NCBI RefSeq assembly: GCF_001194135.2
Contig: NC_068985.1
Span: 108,699,309 to 108,763,308 of the forward strand
DNA length: 64,000 nt
Direction of reading: 5' to 3'
From: Octopus bimaculoides
Taxonomy: Eukaryota
The position numbers and the translations under genes are program-made. Below the pieces are notes generated by a model. It worked only from the letters and a program-made list of their open reading frames with translations, made no database searches and was not told where the DNA came from. Below, one piece after another: positions 35,406-50,053 of this stretch (position 1 is the first letter of the stretch; each line of letters opens with the position of its first letter).

Positions 35406-38196
35406 ATAGTATCAAAGCACCACACGAGAGAGATCGCAATTAAATAACGCCACACAACTGGTAACTATTGAATGTATTCCCTAACCATTCAAGGGGCTGA
35501 ACCCGGAACGATGTGGCTGAGAGGCAAGCTTCTCAACACACAGCTACGTTTGCACCTATAGTAACAACAATATCGACAAAAACAAGGACAAGAGAGACGA
35601 CAGTAGCAACATAGCAAAGAAGACAACAACAACGACAACTGCAATACAACTACAATAACAACAACCATAACAACGACAATGACACGAAAAGCCAATGACG
35701 TATCAGAAATAGCTGGGAAGCTGGACTGAAATCGTACTCTACACAATCAAAAGTGAAAGAACACTTTAGATAATGTAATCCTCGATATATAATATCTGGA
35801 AAAAAATGTCTGATAAAGCCGAGCTCTTCTTTAATGGCGCATCGATTATACTGCAGAATACCCGACCTAAATAAGGAAAAATAATGTCGTGGATGGCGCC
35901 GGGGAAATAGGAGTTTGTCCCTCTCTTTTAACCCAGCAAGTAAAAGAAAAACATATATAAAGAATGCATTGTTACTGTTTTGTTTCGCTTTATATAATGC
36001 AAGTATTGTGAACAATAAAAATTGTAGCATTGCAGTAATGTTTTTTTATAATTCACAGAGCTATTCTTTTTCAATCTTTTAATCATATGATGATCTCTGT
36101 TCTGTTGNNNNNNNNNNNNNNNNNNNNNNNNNNNNNNNNNNNNNNNNNNNNNNNNNNNNNNNNNNNNNNNNNNNNNNNNNNNNNNNNNNNNNNNNNNNNN
36201 NNNNNNNAGCTATTCTTTTTCAATCTTTTAATCATATGATGATCTCTGTTCTGTTGATAATAAGTTTGCCTTGCAACTACCTGGTTCCCGGTTCAGTGCC
36301 ACAGTGAGACACATTGGGGAGGTGACTACTTTTGTGAGTAAAGTTGGTAGAGATAAATTACGTGGAAGATTGTCGTAGGTGCTTTACAACCACATGGCTC
36401 CGGGACACCTGATGCCAATGTCTTCTACTATAGACTCGACCAAAGTCTTTTGAGCAGATTTGGTAGACGGATATGTATATAACTTTCTATATGTGTCTGT
36501 GTCTGTGTTTGTCCCCGCTTCATCACTTGACAAACGGTGTTGGTGTATTTACGTCCCCTTAAACTAGCAATTCAGTAAAAGATAGAATAAGTACAAGGCT
36601 TCAAACAAATCCTGGGATCGATGTGTTCGACTAAAATCCTTCAAGGCGGAGATCCAGCATGGTCGCAATCAAATGATTGAAACAGTTAGAAGAATAAAAG
36701 AATAAAGAATAGACACACGCACATATATATACATACACATAGATTACAAATATGTATAGACTATATGTATATATACACATATATATAACGTACTTGTATA
36801 TATGTCGATTTGTTTGACGAATCGATATGTATATGTATCGTGGTCGATTTGTTTGACTAATCCCTTCAAAGTGATGCCTTAGTATGGACGTAGTCCAATG
36901 CGAGTGAAAGCCTAAATGAATAAAAGAATGAAAAAATGTCCGTACTTGTAAATTCAGGAACAGGGGAAGATATACACGTGTTGTACAATGTATAACGTAT
37001 TCTATAACGTATATCACACAAATGTGATTCAAAACTCTGTAACGTGTGCTATATAAAAAATTGCTTTCAAATTTTAGCAGAGAGCCAGTAATTTCTGGTG
37101 AGTGGCCAACTCGATTACACCGACCCCAGACCTAAGCTAGTATTTATTTTATCGACATCGAAAGGATAAAAGGCAAAGTGAACCTCAGTAAACTCGACTC
37201 GGTGGAATTCGAACTTAGAACATAAAAACGGACGAAAAGCTGTTAAGCATTTTCCTCTGGCGTGCTAACGCTTCTGCCAGCAAGCCGCTTCGAGCTTTAT
37301 AAAATATTAATATTGAATGTTCTGAGTTATCACAAGTGTCACAGTGTTAAAGGTGAAACAAATCTGAAAAACCAAGATTTGCCATATAAAACACAATAGA
37401 TATGTAATTGCATAAGTGTATAAACATATGTAATTACAATATAACCGAACGGCTTACAAGTTCACTTTGTAACCATGGTATTCTAATTTCCTTAAAGCTG
37501 CGTATCATCTCGGGTATTATGATATTTTTGCTTATTGCTTCGAGATGACCCATACCTTGGAAGAAAAACTGGGCAGACAGAAAATGTATGTTAAGTTACT
37601 TGGATGGAATTACTCTATAATTTAAAGGTTTGGACTAGTCAAACAATGTTACTGTGACAGTTGCGTTAAACATAACACTATCTCAGGAAGATTCGGCCGT
37701 TAACGTTCTAATTGAATGAACCTGGTAGTTCTGTTGAACAAGCAAAACACTTCATCCAAGCATATGTATGGCCGAATAACTATGTAGTTCACCTTACAAT
37801 CATGAAATTCTGGTTTCCATATCGCCGCGTGTCATCCGGGAAAGAGACATTTTTTTTTATTGCATCAGGTCGACTCGTATCTTAGAAGCATAACTGGGCA
37901 GACAGAAACTAATTACTAATTTTTCTAATTATCATCTAACTGTTAGAATAATCTAACTGTTAGAAGAATCTTTTTTGTCTAAATATGCATATGCTCCTCT
38001 GCGTTTGGGAATACTTATGAGTTTCCATATGCGTTTAAAAATGTACATGTGTTGACATTACATGAGAAAAACAGTGTATCAGATGTTTTGTTACGCATAT
38101 TGTAAATTCTGATGATCGTAATCAGGAAAGATGAAACATTAGAAACAAGTTGAAATAGCCTAATAAACTATATTGCATCATAAATTCCAATTTACC

Positions 38197-38262
<66 letters not shown>

Positions 38263-38914
38263 ACTGATTGAAGTTAGTAAAAATTTTGTTTTACAGGTTA
38301 GGTAAATCTTTAATTTATGGTTTAAGTTTTAATACTATTTTATGTTTCCTCCTCCATAATCTCACACTCATCTGATTAAAAATCAAAGAAAATAAATCCT
38401 AGTAACACGAACATATTATGTTAAGAGATTACACTTGTGGTTTATTAATGGCATTCTTAAGTTTTATCAATGTTCAGGCAAATGCAGGACATTGACCGAC
38501 AATTTGTAAACATGTTTCTTTTAATCCTAATTTGCATTTTCATTACAAGCCGTGCAGATAATTTTTCTACATATATTTATCAAAATGTTTATAGAATCTC
38601 ATCCTCGGATCTTAAAAATTATTGATCTTCTGTGATTTTGTACATGTGCTTAGGAATATATGTTTGTCCGTATGTGTTTAAATTTGTATGTGCGTGCTTC
38701 TCTGAGAATTGTTTCCTGAGAATTAAATGGTATTTTATCATTAAAATATATCACTTGTGTAGTTCTTAGACAAATCATGCAAAAACTAATTCCAATTAAC
38801 TAAAATTAAGATTATCAATTAAAAATACACAAATTAGAAATTTAATTGCACAATTTATTGTTTATAAATGAAAATTGCCTTTTTTCATTGCCAAAATTTT
38901 CTGTCAAGCAAGAA

Positions 38915-39235
38915 GCGTAACTAGAACACCATCGGCGATGAAGGTTCCAGTTGAGCCGATCAGCGGAACAGCCTGCTCGTGAAATTAACGTGCAAGTGGC
39001 TGATCACTACACAGACATGAGTACTCTTAACTTAGGGAATCTCAGGAAGATTCAGCGTGATACAAAATGTGACAAGGCTGGTCCTTTAAAATACAAGTAC
39101 AGCTTATTTTTAACAGCTGAGTGTACTGGAGCACCACGAAATAAAATGTTTCAATCAAGGACAGATCACGCCGCCGGGTATCGAACTCAGAATATCATGA
39201 TTCTTGAGCCGAATACCCTAACCATTATGCCACAC
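38915..39235 (-). mobile_element. tRNA-headed SINE of the type at 25055, with family 'C'-like tail
   Basis: The reverse complement starts GTGGCATAATGGTTAGGG...GTTCGATACCCGG and ends in the GTTAATTTCACGAGCAGGCTGTTCCG tail. Confidence 0.7.
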
Positions 39236-42200
39236 ACTTTCATTATTGCAAGTCAAACAGAAAAAAGACAAAAGCAAGAACGATGCAATATATTTTGAAG
39301 TTTAATATATCGTACACTCCACAGAAATTCGCTTCGTGTAACAATGTGTAACAATGAATTGAAATTCATAAATATAGACGAAACATTTGTTCGGTTTCTT
39401 TCTGTAGAATTGAAATGAAAGACAGCTTTTGCAGTCTGTAAGACATGAAACTGTTTAGTTAAATTACTAGCTATAATCTATTGGCCATTTATGTATCAAA
39501 TATTCTTTAAGATATACTTAGACGAAATAACATTGACATCTGGCTACCGGCTGATTTTGCCCGTGGCTATTGAACAGCTCCAGTTACACCTGTCTCATTG
39601 TAAATAGAAAAAACTTACAAGATACCGCTCATAAATTTAATTAGCAGAAATACTGCATATTCAGTAGGATTTCTTTTTTCTTTCTTTTAGTAACGAAACG
39701 AAGGGAGATCTGACGGCTATTTGAAAGATATGATACAATGAACTCAACTCTGAATGGATGTATGACTTATATCTAATTAGTTACTACCAGACTGAGTTGT
39801 CATTATATTCTCCGAAGGACAAAAGAAGATTTGAGTTGAACATTTCATATAACATATTACTAGTTATTTACACAGCCCACACGCTTCCTTCAGCTGTAAA
39901 GTGCATCTATTTCAGATACTTGTTTAAGTAATGTAAAGTAAGTTAGCATGGTTCATTATTTTACTCACATACTGTTCATTTCTTGTGATGAGTTAGCTTC
40001 TACCAACCCTTGTACTGATAGCCCGATAGTCTGTAAACACGACCCACAACACCTCTCTCGAGACATGAATTATTAAACACGGCAAACAATAAATACAGCA
40101 AAAAGAGAACAAACTGTCCATTGATAATAATTATGCATTTATTAATCGAGCTGTTATTTGTATTTCATTCAAAATTGCTTATGCGTGTTTTCGAGTCCCT
40201 ACATTAAGTATGTTAACGAGCACTTAACTCTATGTAGTGAAACATGTCTCGTATAGTAGCGGTAAAGACAGTATCATAAAATGGAAATGAGGAGAGTGTT
40301 GTAAAAAAGTGTAGTGTCGAAGTAATGCGATTAAAGCAGAGCAGGTTAAAGAGTATTGTAAAGATTGGTGTATATGGCATCGTAAAGAAAAATGAAATTA
40401 AATGTAAAGAACAGACAGACTTCAGGCTATAACATCAACAAACGCAACACCATGAACGATTTCCAGCTACGAGCCAACAACAGTTTGTATGAGCTAATAC
40501 ATACCTGCTAGAGATGGCAGCTTTAAAATTACAAAGTAATAGGTTAATGCCTAAAACGAAAATTGCATAATTATAGTTTCAGTACAACTTAAATCAAAAT
40601 TTTACTTGATCATAACCGGCCTGAAAACAAACAATAACAAGAACAATAGCGACAACAACAACAACAACTATAACAATAACAACTACAAACATTAAACACA
40701 AATTTTAAGATAAACATATTGAATCTAAACAAAAGTTTTGGAAATAGATACGAGAAAAATCTCTCTAGCACAAATGTTAATTTGCCATTACAATCAATTT
40801 TTCATATTTCATTCCATTTTTGTAACCAAATGAAAACACTACAAAGGTAGCACATAAGTCTTTAATCAATATTCCAGTTATTTTATAAACCACAGGCTGT
40901 TAGCTTGTCAACAAAGTAATTATCTTTCCTAATCTGATGTCTGCTTAGTGTTACACAATGCTGCTCTTTTGCTATTGTTAAATTTTCTTGATTGTTTTAA
41001 TCTCTGTAAATTTCTCTGTAAATTTTCGCTGCGGTGATGGTTTTCGGTCAACACATTCAAATTATTCATCCATATTGTATATTGTTACTCGTTGCTATAA
41101 CAATAGAATTTATTGATTACTTTGATGTTAGTTATATATTCATTTGCGAAGTGTGGGCTTCAGCTGAAAATTAAATGTTGATTCAATTAAAATTACATTC
41201 GTAACGGGAGGATAATTCTTGTAAAGAAGAAAAACGGGAGACAATAATGAAACTATGTACTCCAAAATTGTTAAAAATTGAACGTATGCATGCAGTGAGT
41301 GAGTCGCATCTTTAGTAAGAGGAACGAAATCTTTGGACATGTTTCGGTATTACAAAACCTCTTCGGCGAAGTATATACTTAATCATACTCCAGCATATTT
41401 TAGTGGGCACCAGATTGGCTCTTGGGACAAAAATACTGATTGAAAACATTCACGTAATAATAGTTTAAAATGATAGGGTTGGAGGAAGAATGTTACAGGA
41501 TATTTGACTGTTACATTTATCAAAGATTTATATGATGTGTTTGTAGACTTTTCGTTTGGTTACAAAAAGTGAATGAAACATTGGTTTCAAATTTTGGTAG
41601 AAGGCCAGAAATTTCGGAGAATGAGTTAAGTCGATTACTTTGACCCCAGTGCTTAACTGATACTTAATTTATCGACCCCGAAATGATGGAAAGCTAAGTC
41701 GACCGTGGCGGAATTTGGACTCAGAACATAAAAACGGACGGAATTTCGCTAAGCATTTTCCCTGGGGTGCTAACGAACCTGCTAGATCTAAGTGAAATAT
41801 TAAAAATTGAATGTAATGAAAAAATATTGTAGAGATTTTGAGGAATTTGTAACAAGCAGTAGTATCACCAGTAACAATTTTCTCTACGACATTCTACGCA
41901 ACTTAATTTACGGTATGTCTTAGCTCTAATAATAACTGCATTCTTTCTCTCAAGATGCCTGATATTTGACTGTTCAAAGATGACTAATAGGACTGCTCTT
42001 GAAAATCGACAAAATTTGGCATCGTGGTGTTATCAATTACCAGCAGCAAAAAGGGCTTAGTCTCCGGTGACATTTATTTTGACACGATCGCCACATCAGG
42101 GAGTGATACTCCAGGTTTATGAACCGCCCAAAGTCAGCAGGGAGAGTTACAAAGAGTGGACATCTTGTAGATCATCTTCATGGATTCATTTCTTTAGGCG

Positions 42201-42508
42201 ATATAACATTAATGGATCTTTAACAGAATGTTGTTTATCCATTCTTACTCAATCAACGCCCATAATCAACATTTGCACTGGTCAAAAAGGATGAACATCC
42301 CTCTGTTAAACATCCATTAAGGTTATATCGTCTGAAGAAATGAACCCATGAAGATAATCTTCCTGCTGCCCACGGATACTACGGACTACACTTTAATCAT
42401 CCCAAGAATATGGACTGTTATACTAAGAGACATGCAAATTGTGGAAACGCGCGTAGCAATGCATTAAACGTCAATAAATTCCATCCTCAAATTATTTTAT
42501 TACACATA

Positions 42509-42580
<72 letters not shown>

Positions 42581-42949
42581 CACACAGGCGCACACACACA
42601 CACACACACACACATATATAAGTGTGTGTGTGTGTCTGTGTGTACAAACATACATCATACATACATGTGTCTATATGAACCATTCACTTTTCCATGTCTG
42701 CATGAATCTGACGGAATTTGTTGCAGAAAATTTTGTGTGGCTGGGTGCTTTTCCCGTCGCCAACCCTCATCTATTCCCAAGTGAATTTATATTTATACAT
42801 GCGCAGACATCTGTTGCACGGAAGATTGGAAACGAAGGGCACCGAATGACTGAGAATGGCTGTAGCTTACAACTACCACACGATGTGAAATTATGAAGAG
42901 AATAAACCACACACAATCACACACAATATTGGGCGCCGGTATAAACATA

Positions 42950-43190
42950 TTGGCCTCAACTGAGATTACAAAGCGCTGTGATATGCTTGGTATCTAGGCT
43001 AGTTCATATAACACCAGATTGGACTCCCATTTGAGAAGAACTGATGAGGAATATATGCATGTCAAATTTAGAAGAAATTAAAGACATCACCATACTTTAG
43101 GATTCTATATCCAAACCGATCGATGTCTCATACCAATAGAATAGACATAGTGGTGAGAATTCACATTGGTTATAGATCAGTCAATATGCA
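42950..43190 (+). mobile_element. Relic of the restriction-like endonuclease domain of an R4/Dong-type non-LTR element
   Basis: Frameshifted EEIKDITIL*D / YIQTDR / HTNRIDIVV / VID matches the RLE consensus ILWDF.IQTD....NRPDIV...ID. Confidence 0.5.
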
Positions 43191-44589
43191 GCAGACTGCA
43201 ACACCTCTGTAAGAACATTTGGCTACATTCCATAGAAGTCTCTTGGTTAGCCTGCCAACTTTGCAGCCCAACCTCGTATATACATATATACTACGGAATT
43301 GCACGCAGTTTCCATCTACAAAATTCCTTCACAAGGCATCGATCCGCCCAAGGCTATACTAGAAGACAGTTGCCCAAAGAGCGGCGCAGTGTATCTGAAC
43401 ACGAAACTATTTGGTTGGAAAACGAGCTTTCTAACCACAGAACAATGCTTACATATTAATGCTAGATTGAATAGGCTGACTGGGATAAAGTGTCTCAGAC
43501 ATAAGTAATCTAATGACATGAGAGGAACAACTGAATCAGCAGATAAAAGTATCAGTTTGTTATCAGGTGTTCTCTCGCCTCGTCTGTTCACAGTTTTCCT
43601 CAGTAGACTGAACTATAATTGAAATAATACCAGGAAATATTAGATGTCAATGGTAGAGTTGCACAAGATACTTTTCTATTGTAATGATATGAATTATAAC
43701 TAACAATCCCCAGCGTTGCCCGAACAGGCATCAAATACACATAGATGTGAAACATAGGTACGCATATGAATGTATATACATATCAACATATTTACTCTCT
43801 GCATACAGGTAAACACTAGCACACACCCATTTATGTGTATGCGTATATGAATACTCTCCATTTCTTTCTCATTACATACATATATGATTATATTAAACAC
43901 TACTTATTTACATACATACATACATACATACAGATAGATAGAAATGAATAGAAAAATACCGAAAAAAGGTTGAAAATGTGTCAAAATTTTCTTTTCTTTC
44001 TAATATACGTATATTCTATATGTGTTTATATGTATGAAAAAATATATAAAGATTCACTTTCACAGAATAAATGTTTTCGTTGAACAGTTTAACTAAAAAT
44101 ACCGGGTACTCGTGCTAGATTTAACGATTGTTTATTTCTAATTTATTTACAAACAGCTTGATGTATTAATGAACAGTTAACGACTTCGGGAAGTATAAAC
44201 ATTAAAGTTATTGTCGAGAGAAAGTTAGATGATATGGAAGAGCGGAAGTTATATTTCGGTAGAGAGTTAGCTGCATCATGATGATTTGCGCCGAGTATTA
44301 AAATGTTGGCATCATGAGTGCTGCTCAGTACTCTGTAGGGCTATACCACGTGATATGGNNNNNNNNNNNNNNNNNNNNNNNNNNNNNNNNNNNNNNNNNN
44401 NNNNNNNNNNNNNNNNNNNNNNNNNNNNNNNNNNNNNNNNNNNNNNNNNNNNNNNNNNCATCATGAGTGCTGCTCAGTACTCTGTAGGGCTATACCACGT
44501 GATATGGATAGCTACAACGGACACTTTGAAATCGTGGCCATCGGAAATTGGCATAGCAGGCAAAACGAATGAACCAGTACAGTGGAATT

Positions 44590-44990
44590 TGTCCCCACGT
44601 CTTTGAGCAGGGCATTAGGCTCAATTCAGACGGCTATATGAATGTGTGAAAGACTGTGGTCAAACCCTAGCAAGAGAGGGTTGCTGCTGGAAGGCTATAT
44701 GCATCGCAGCAGGATTCGGTCCTGTAAAGAGTCAGATGTGGTGATCGGAGAATTTCTACGACTTCACTAGTCCCGTGTTATGGCCTTCAAATACCTCCGA
44801 TTCTAATCTCATGGATTACTATGCGGGGAAACACTGTTCAGAGACACAAACCACCAATGCTGAGCTTGTGGGAAAGATAAAGGAGATGTTCGAAGAACTT
44901 CTTCCCAGGGTTACAGTGTACAACGCTTGCGCCAGGTCCGCTATATGTCTTGAAGCCATGAAAGAATTTGAAGATGACTAATTTGAGTTA
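44590..44990 (+). mobile_element. Tc1/mariner transposase C-terminal relic
   Basis: GIRLNSDGY...TVVKP*...VAAGR...QQDS...SENFYDFTSP-LWPSNTSDSNLMDYY...IKEMFEELLPR.TV.NAC...LEA resembles the WPPNSPDLNPMDY region. Confidence 0.75.
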
Positions 44991-45288
44991 AATTTTTTCG
45001 CCGAGCCATAATCTAAATTATAGCTTTTGAAATTTAAAAATATATATATATGTTTTTTAATGTGATATTTTGTATTCTTTACGTTTTTTTGCAAACTGTC
45101 AAATTGCGACCAAACATCCTGAATGTTGGTGTACGCAGTCATAATATGAGTTTGACATATATCACATACATGTACATAAGAAATACTGGAGGAAGGAAAG
45201 AGAGAATTCAGGAATCACGTCATTTCGAGTGTTCTCAAGAGAATCAAGATTTCGTGTATACATTTTTGTATGTGTTTTACAGCTAAAA

Positions 45289-45513
45289 AGGCTGACCCTT
45301 TGAATTACAGGCACAACAGAAACAGGAAGTAAGAGTGAGAGAAAGTTGTGGTGAAAGAGTACAGCAGGGTTCGCCACCATCCCCTGCCGGAGCCACGTGG
45401 AGCTTTAGGTGTTTTCGCTCAATAAACACTCACAACGCCCGATCTGGGAATCGAAACGGCGATCCTATGACCGCAAGTCCCCTGCCTTAACCACTGGGCC
45501 ATTGCGCCTCCAC
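45289..45513 (-). mobile_element. SINE family 'C', 5' half (3'-truncated)
   Basis: Reverse complement of GTGGAGGCGCAATGGCCCAGTGGTTAAGG...AAAGGGTCAGCC, near-identical to the copy at 57853. Confidence 0.85.
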
Positions 45514-46406
45514 AACCGATAAATATATAAGCAACAAAACCAATACCAAAAGTAATTATTATGTGTTGGCCCATTCATACACACAATGAATTTTAAGTTG
45601 GGATATATTATAATTAGTTAGAGAAATAAAATATTTATATTGACTGCTCACTCATTCACCTCTTATTTCAGCATCCTCATTTGGTTTAATACTTAAAATA
45701 TACTCGAAATTTGTTCTTAATTAATCTGCAAATATTAACCTGTAAATATTTATCTTAGTTTGTTTTATGTTTACTATTCCCCATATATAAAACCAGTAGA
45801 AAAAAAGGGCTCGGTTTTAAGAAACTTCTGAAACTATGGTAGGAGTAATATGGTCGAGAAGATAAGCTTAAGAACAGTAAACGATAGGTCAAAAACTCGA
45901 ATCTACTATAACATTGTTACTTGAAATAATAAAAAAAATTAAATGATTAATTAAATATATTATCCGGCATAATCCTATATACGTAACAATCCTATAAAAA
46001 GGATTTTAACTGATATGCGTAGTCTAAGGGACCTGGATGTAACAAAAGATTCAATTAGAAGGAAATGACATCTTTGTTTCACGAAAATTATACCGTAAAG
46101 GAATGGAGACAAAATTTTCCAAAGTGCTAATTTTGTTTTTTAAACGTACTCTCTTTTTCAATACACTACCTTCTCGAAAGAAAGAGTGAAGGAATAGAAA
46201 CGCACCCGGAGACTATAATTTGCTTAAAATTGATACAAGTTGAAAATTGAATTAGACGGAGTCAATTTGATCATGTCCATGGCAAGAAAAGAACTACCAT
46301 TACATGTAGCTGCTATTGTTACAGGTATAATTATGACTTAATTCTGTAGCTATCATCAGAAATTCTTTATTCAACGATAATGATAATACATCTAACATTA
46401 GGACAT

Positions 46407-46417
46407 TTAGTCATCGC
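46407..46417. promoter_or_regulatory. AP-1-like element TTAGTCATCGC upstream of the gene C TATA box
   Basis: Ends 20 nt upstream of the TATA box; shared (10/11) with the paralogue A promoter. Confidence 0.4.
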
Positions 46418-46437
46418 TTGTAATTTCTCACCTCAGC

Positions 46438-46445
46438 TATATAAA
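46438..46445 (+). promoter_or_regulatory. TATA box of S-crystallin gene C
   Basis: TATATAAA 120 nt upstream of the ATG. Confidence 0.75.
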
Positions 46446-46557
46446 CGGCAGTTTTTAAACGAGCAAGCAACAGTCCGGTTCTCAAGCAACAAGACTCTTC
46501 ACCTCCAATTTCTCTGATCGTTCCAGTGTCGATTAACACTAAAAACCAACATCAATC

Positions 46558-46690
46558 ATGCCTTCCTACACACTCCACTACTTCAACCACCGTGGCCGTG
46601 CTGAGATCTGCCGTATGCTGTTCGCAGCTGCTGGTGTCCAGTACAATGACCGCAGAATCGAATCTTCCGAATGGGACAGCATGAGAAACA
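46558..46690 (+). CDS. S-crystallin C exon 1
   Basis: ATG...AAC A|GTATGT, 133 nt. Confidence 0.96.
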
Positions 46691-49400
46691 GTATGTAACA
46701 CGTATTTCTTTCCTTTCTTAATGTTTTGTCTTCACCATTCGGTGGCAGATAGTCAACTAACAATTGATACAACTCGTTCTCTTGCTACAAATGTACTCTG
46801 CTTTCAAGTGTCGTTACTCAACGGCACTGTCATGCAGCTCTATGTACATGCTTCATGGTGGAATATTTCAAACGTGTAAGCAACGGTAGAATCGAGTATT
46901 TTATTAGTGTATTTTTCTACATTCTTCCGTTACTAGATAGACTTCCAATACATTAGTGCATGTATATGTACTGAATATTATTAGTAATATATGTAAACGA
47001 GGTCCCTCTAGGGAACTCTAAATCTAGAACGATTTTAGGTTTAAAATACGCATACAGCTTAATTGCATCTTACAAATTCAGGTCAACGACACCCTTATTA
47101 CAATTCCTATGATAAACAGCATAAAGCAAATCTAGATAACTCTTCGATTTCAGCCCAAATCAAGATTTCTATTATTTACTTTCATGGTTAATAAACCTTC
47201 AAAAGACATAAATATCGCAGATTCAGGTTACTACAAGCTCTAAAATATTAGGCGTTGTAATACTGTTGTCTCTGTCATTATTGTTGTCGACGATGTTGCT
47301 ATTGTTATATTATTCAAGAAATAATTGCTGCATTCAATTAAATCGATTACTCGGTCAATGTTTCACAACCGGCCAACCATCAGACCATATTATATTGAAA
47401 TTTCAACAAAAGCCGGAAGCTGACTGAACTGTGCCGGAGAAAATAAAGTTAGTGATATTTTTTCAGAACTCTTACATTCTGAGTTCAAATCCCGTCAAAG
47501 TCAACTTTCCATTTCATTCTTTCGAAATCGATTAAATACAGTATCAGTCAAGCAATCGAATTATGCTTCCTCTGTAATTACTAGTCTTGTGCCAAAATTA
47601 GAATGTAAGAATATTACAATCTCAACTGTGTAGCGTATAACGCTATTTTCGTGAACTGTCTGGCTAGAATACTGCTCCCACTATTGAGCGGTTTTCATAA
47701 CCCTTGTACCGTAGGGGTTTGCAGTTAGCAACGTTACAGTACCACTGTGAAGTGGAAGAATATTTATTCACTCAAAGCACCAGGTTTGAATCATACACTG
47801 TATTGCTTTGTATGGCAAACATAATTCCAGTTATAACAATATAACTCCAGAGTAAACACAAAATTTTAATGGCCGCTTAATTAGATACTGCTTTATTATC
47901 TTCTAATTTTACCAATATTTTGATTGCTGAAATCCTTCTTTCAGAAAAAGTGGTGATAAACATCCCTTAGTATTTGTCAACGTCAGTAGACCATGAAACA
48001 TATATGTCCCAACAGATTTCTCTTAGCGGTTAGTTTCTCTTACAAATATAAATAAACTATACAAGGCGCATTCCAGATATTTTGAGAGTTTTGCAGGAGA
48101 GATATTTATTAATTTCAAAGAAATACCAAACTTTAAACACTTTCAACATAGGATGCTCTGACGTCAATGCCACTAGTTGTAGCGTTGTAGCCACAACCTG
48201 AATCCTCCATAGAAGTCTAGGACCCTTGTCACAAGGTCTTTCATATTTTCCTTCAGCTTAGGGAACAAGCAAAAGTCACAGGGAGCAAGGTCTGAACTGT
48301 AGGGAGAGTGAGAGACAGTTTGAAGCCCATCTCTGTCAAGTAGTTGCTTATCAGGAGGAATGCAAGTGCCAAAGGCCAGAGCACCTGCATTGTCCTGGTG
48401 CGGGTGCTACAGACCTTTGCGGCGAAATCTTTTTCTGAAACCCCTGAAAACCTCCACAAAGTACTCTTTGAAGAATGTCTGGACAGAGGGTCAAAGAAAG
48501 GAACACCATGAGCTCTCTGGTGGACTTGTTTGCTTGGTTTCCTGTGCCAGCGATAAACAAATGCCTGACTCTTCCGAGTATTTTCGTTAGCAAACTGAAG
48601 CATTTCATAAGTTTCTGTAGGTTTTTAGCTCTATTTAACACAAAATTTTATGGTATAGCGAGCTATCAATTCGTCTTCACGTTCCAATATGAAACTACGA
48701 AGCGTTTTATTCTGATGTGAAACCAGGTAGCATTGTAAACAACTCGACATTCAAATATGTAAAATTAAAATATCATGTAGTTGTATTATTGGAGCAGTTC
48801 TTAAAGGGAGCATGAATTCTATTGCATGAATTTTGTACTCTATTTGAGGGTACTTTTAACCCTCACCATTGCGCAGCTAATTTAAGTTAGTATCAAATAT
48901 TGTGCGTCCTCCCCAGTCGGAGTGTGCTTCCCATCGAAATACTAGATGTTATGATGGCGAAGCTAAACCTTAAGCTAAAATGTTTATTAGACACAAGAGT
49001 TTTCTCAAAATAGTTAAATAGCATCACAAAAAATACTCTCCCTACCAACTTAGATGTACTTTAACAGAATCACTAGAAATGAAAGCGTAAATGAACCACA
49101 TTGAAGATCTGTTGCAAGCACCACCACTACCACCACCATAAAATAAACAATTTAACATTAATAATTCTTTTTAACTTTTGGCATGAAAACCGGCGGTTTT
49201 GAGGGTAAGGTCCAGTTGATTTCATCGACACCAGTACTCGACTGGTACTTACTTATTTAATCGACCTCGAAAGGATGAAATACGAGCTCGACGTCAGCGG
49301 CATTTGAACTCCGAAGTGTGCTAACGATTCTGCCAACTCGGAGGTTTTAGTTTGAAATTAATAATAATGCTGCAACAGTAAGTGATATACTAGTTGTCAA

Positions 49401-49453
<53 letters not shown>

Positions 49454-50009
49454 GCGTATATAGGTGTGTGTGTGCGTGTGTGTGAAGTATTCTAGATGTG
49501 AACCAGTTATAAAGAAATCCCTGTCGCATTGATTTCCGTAGCAAAAGTTGGTTTGAACAGAGATTTACTTAAAACTGAGTTTTTCATTTACATTAGATAG
49601 ATGTTGTCTCGTTAGTGACAATCATTCTCTTATCAAATACCAAGAAAACACCTGCGTTTTGGGCAGTCAGCTTAGAAAACTACCGTTAATTATACTATAG
49701 CAGAACTTCTCACTGTATACTTACTACTGTATCGTACACATTTACTACTTACTATGTGATTGTGTAATTTGGGCATTAAATGTTGTCAAACAAAAAAGAC
49801 CCTTCACTGGCTTACACCTCGCACTCTACTTTTAATCCAACTGATATTATTTCCTCATCTGCATTGTATATATGAAGAGACAGGTGATATTAGTGGAGGG
49901 GGGATATAAATTAATGTAAATTCTGGAAACAATTCCGTATCATATTCTCATAATAAAGCACACACAAATACATACAAACATATTTACACACAAAGACATA
50001 CATACCCAA

Positions 50010-50053
<44 letters not shown>

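Noticed and set aside
36059-36256. 49-bp direct repeat around a 100-N gap
   Set aside because: Identical 49-mers on both sides of a placeholder gap, the same pattern as at 44310; a k-mer overlap artefact.
44310-44507. 49-bp direct repeat around a 100-N gap (CRISPR-like repeat-spacer appearance)
   Set aside because: Assembly overlap artefact; only two copies, eukaryotic context and no cas genes.
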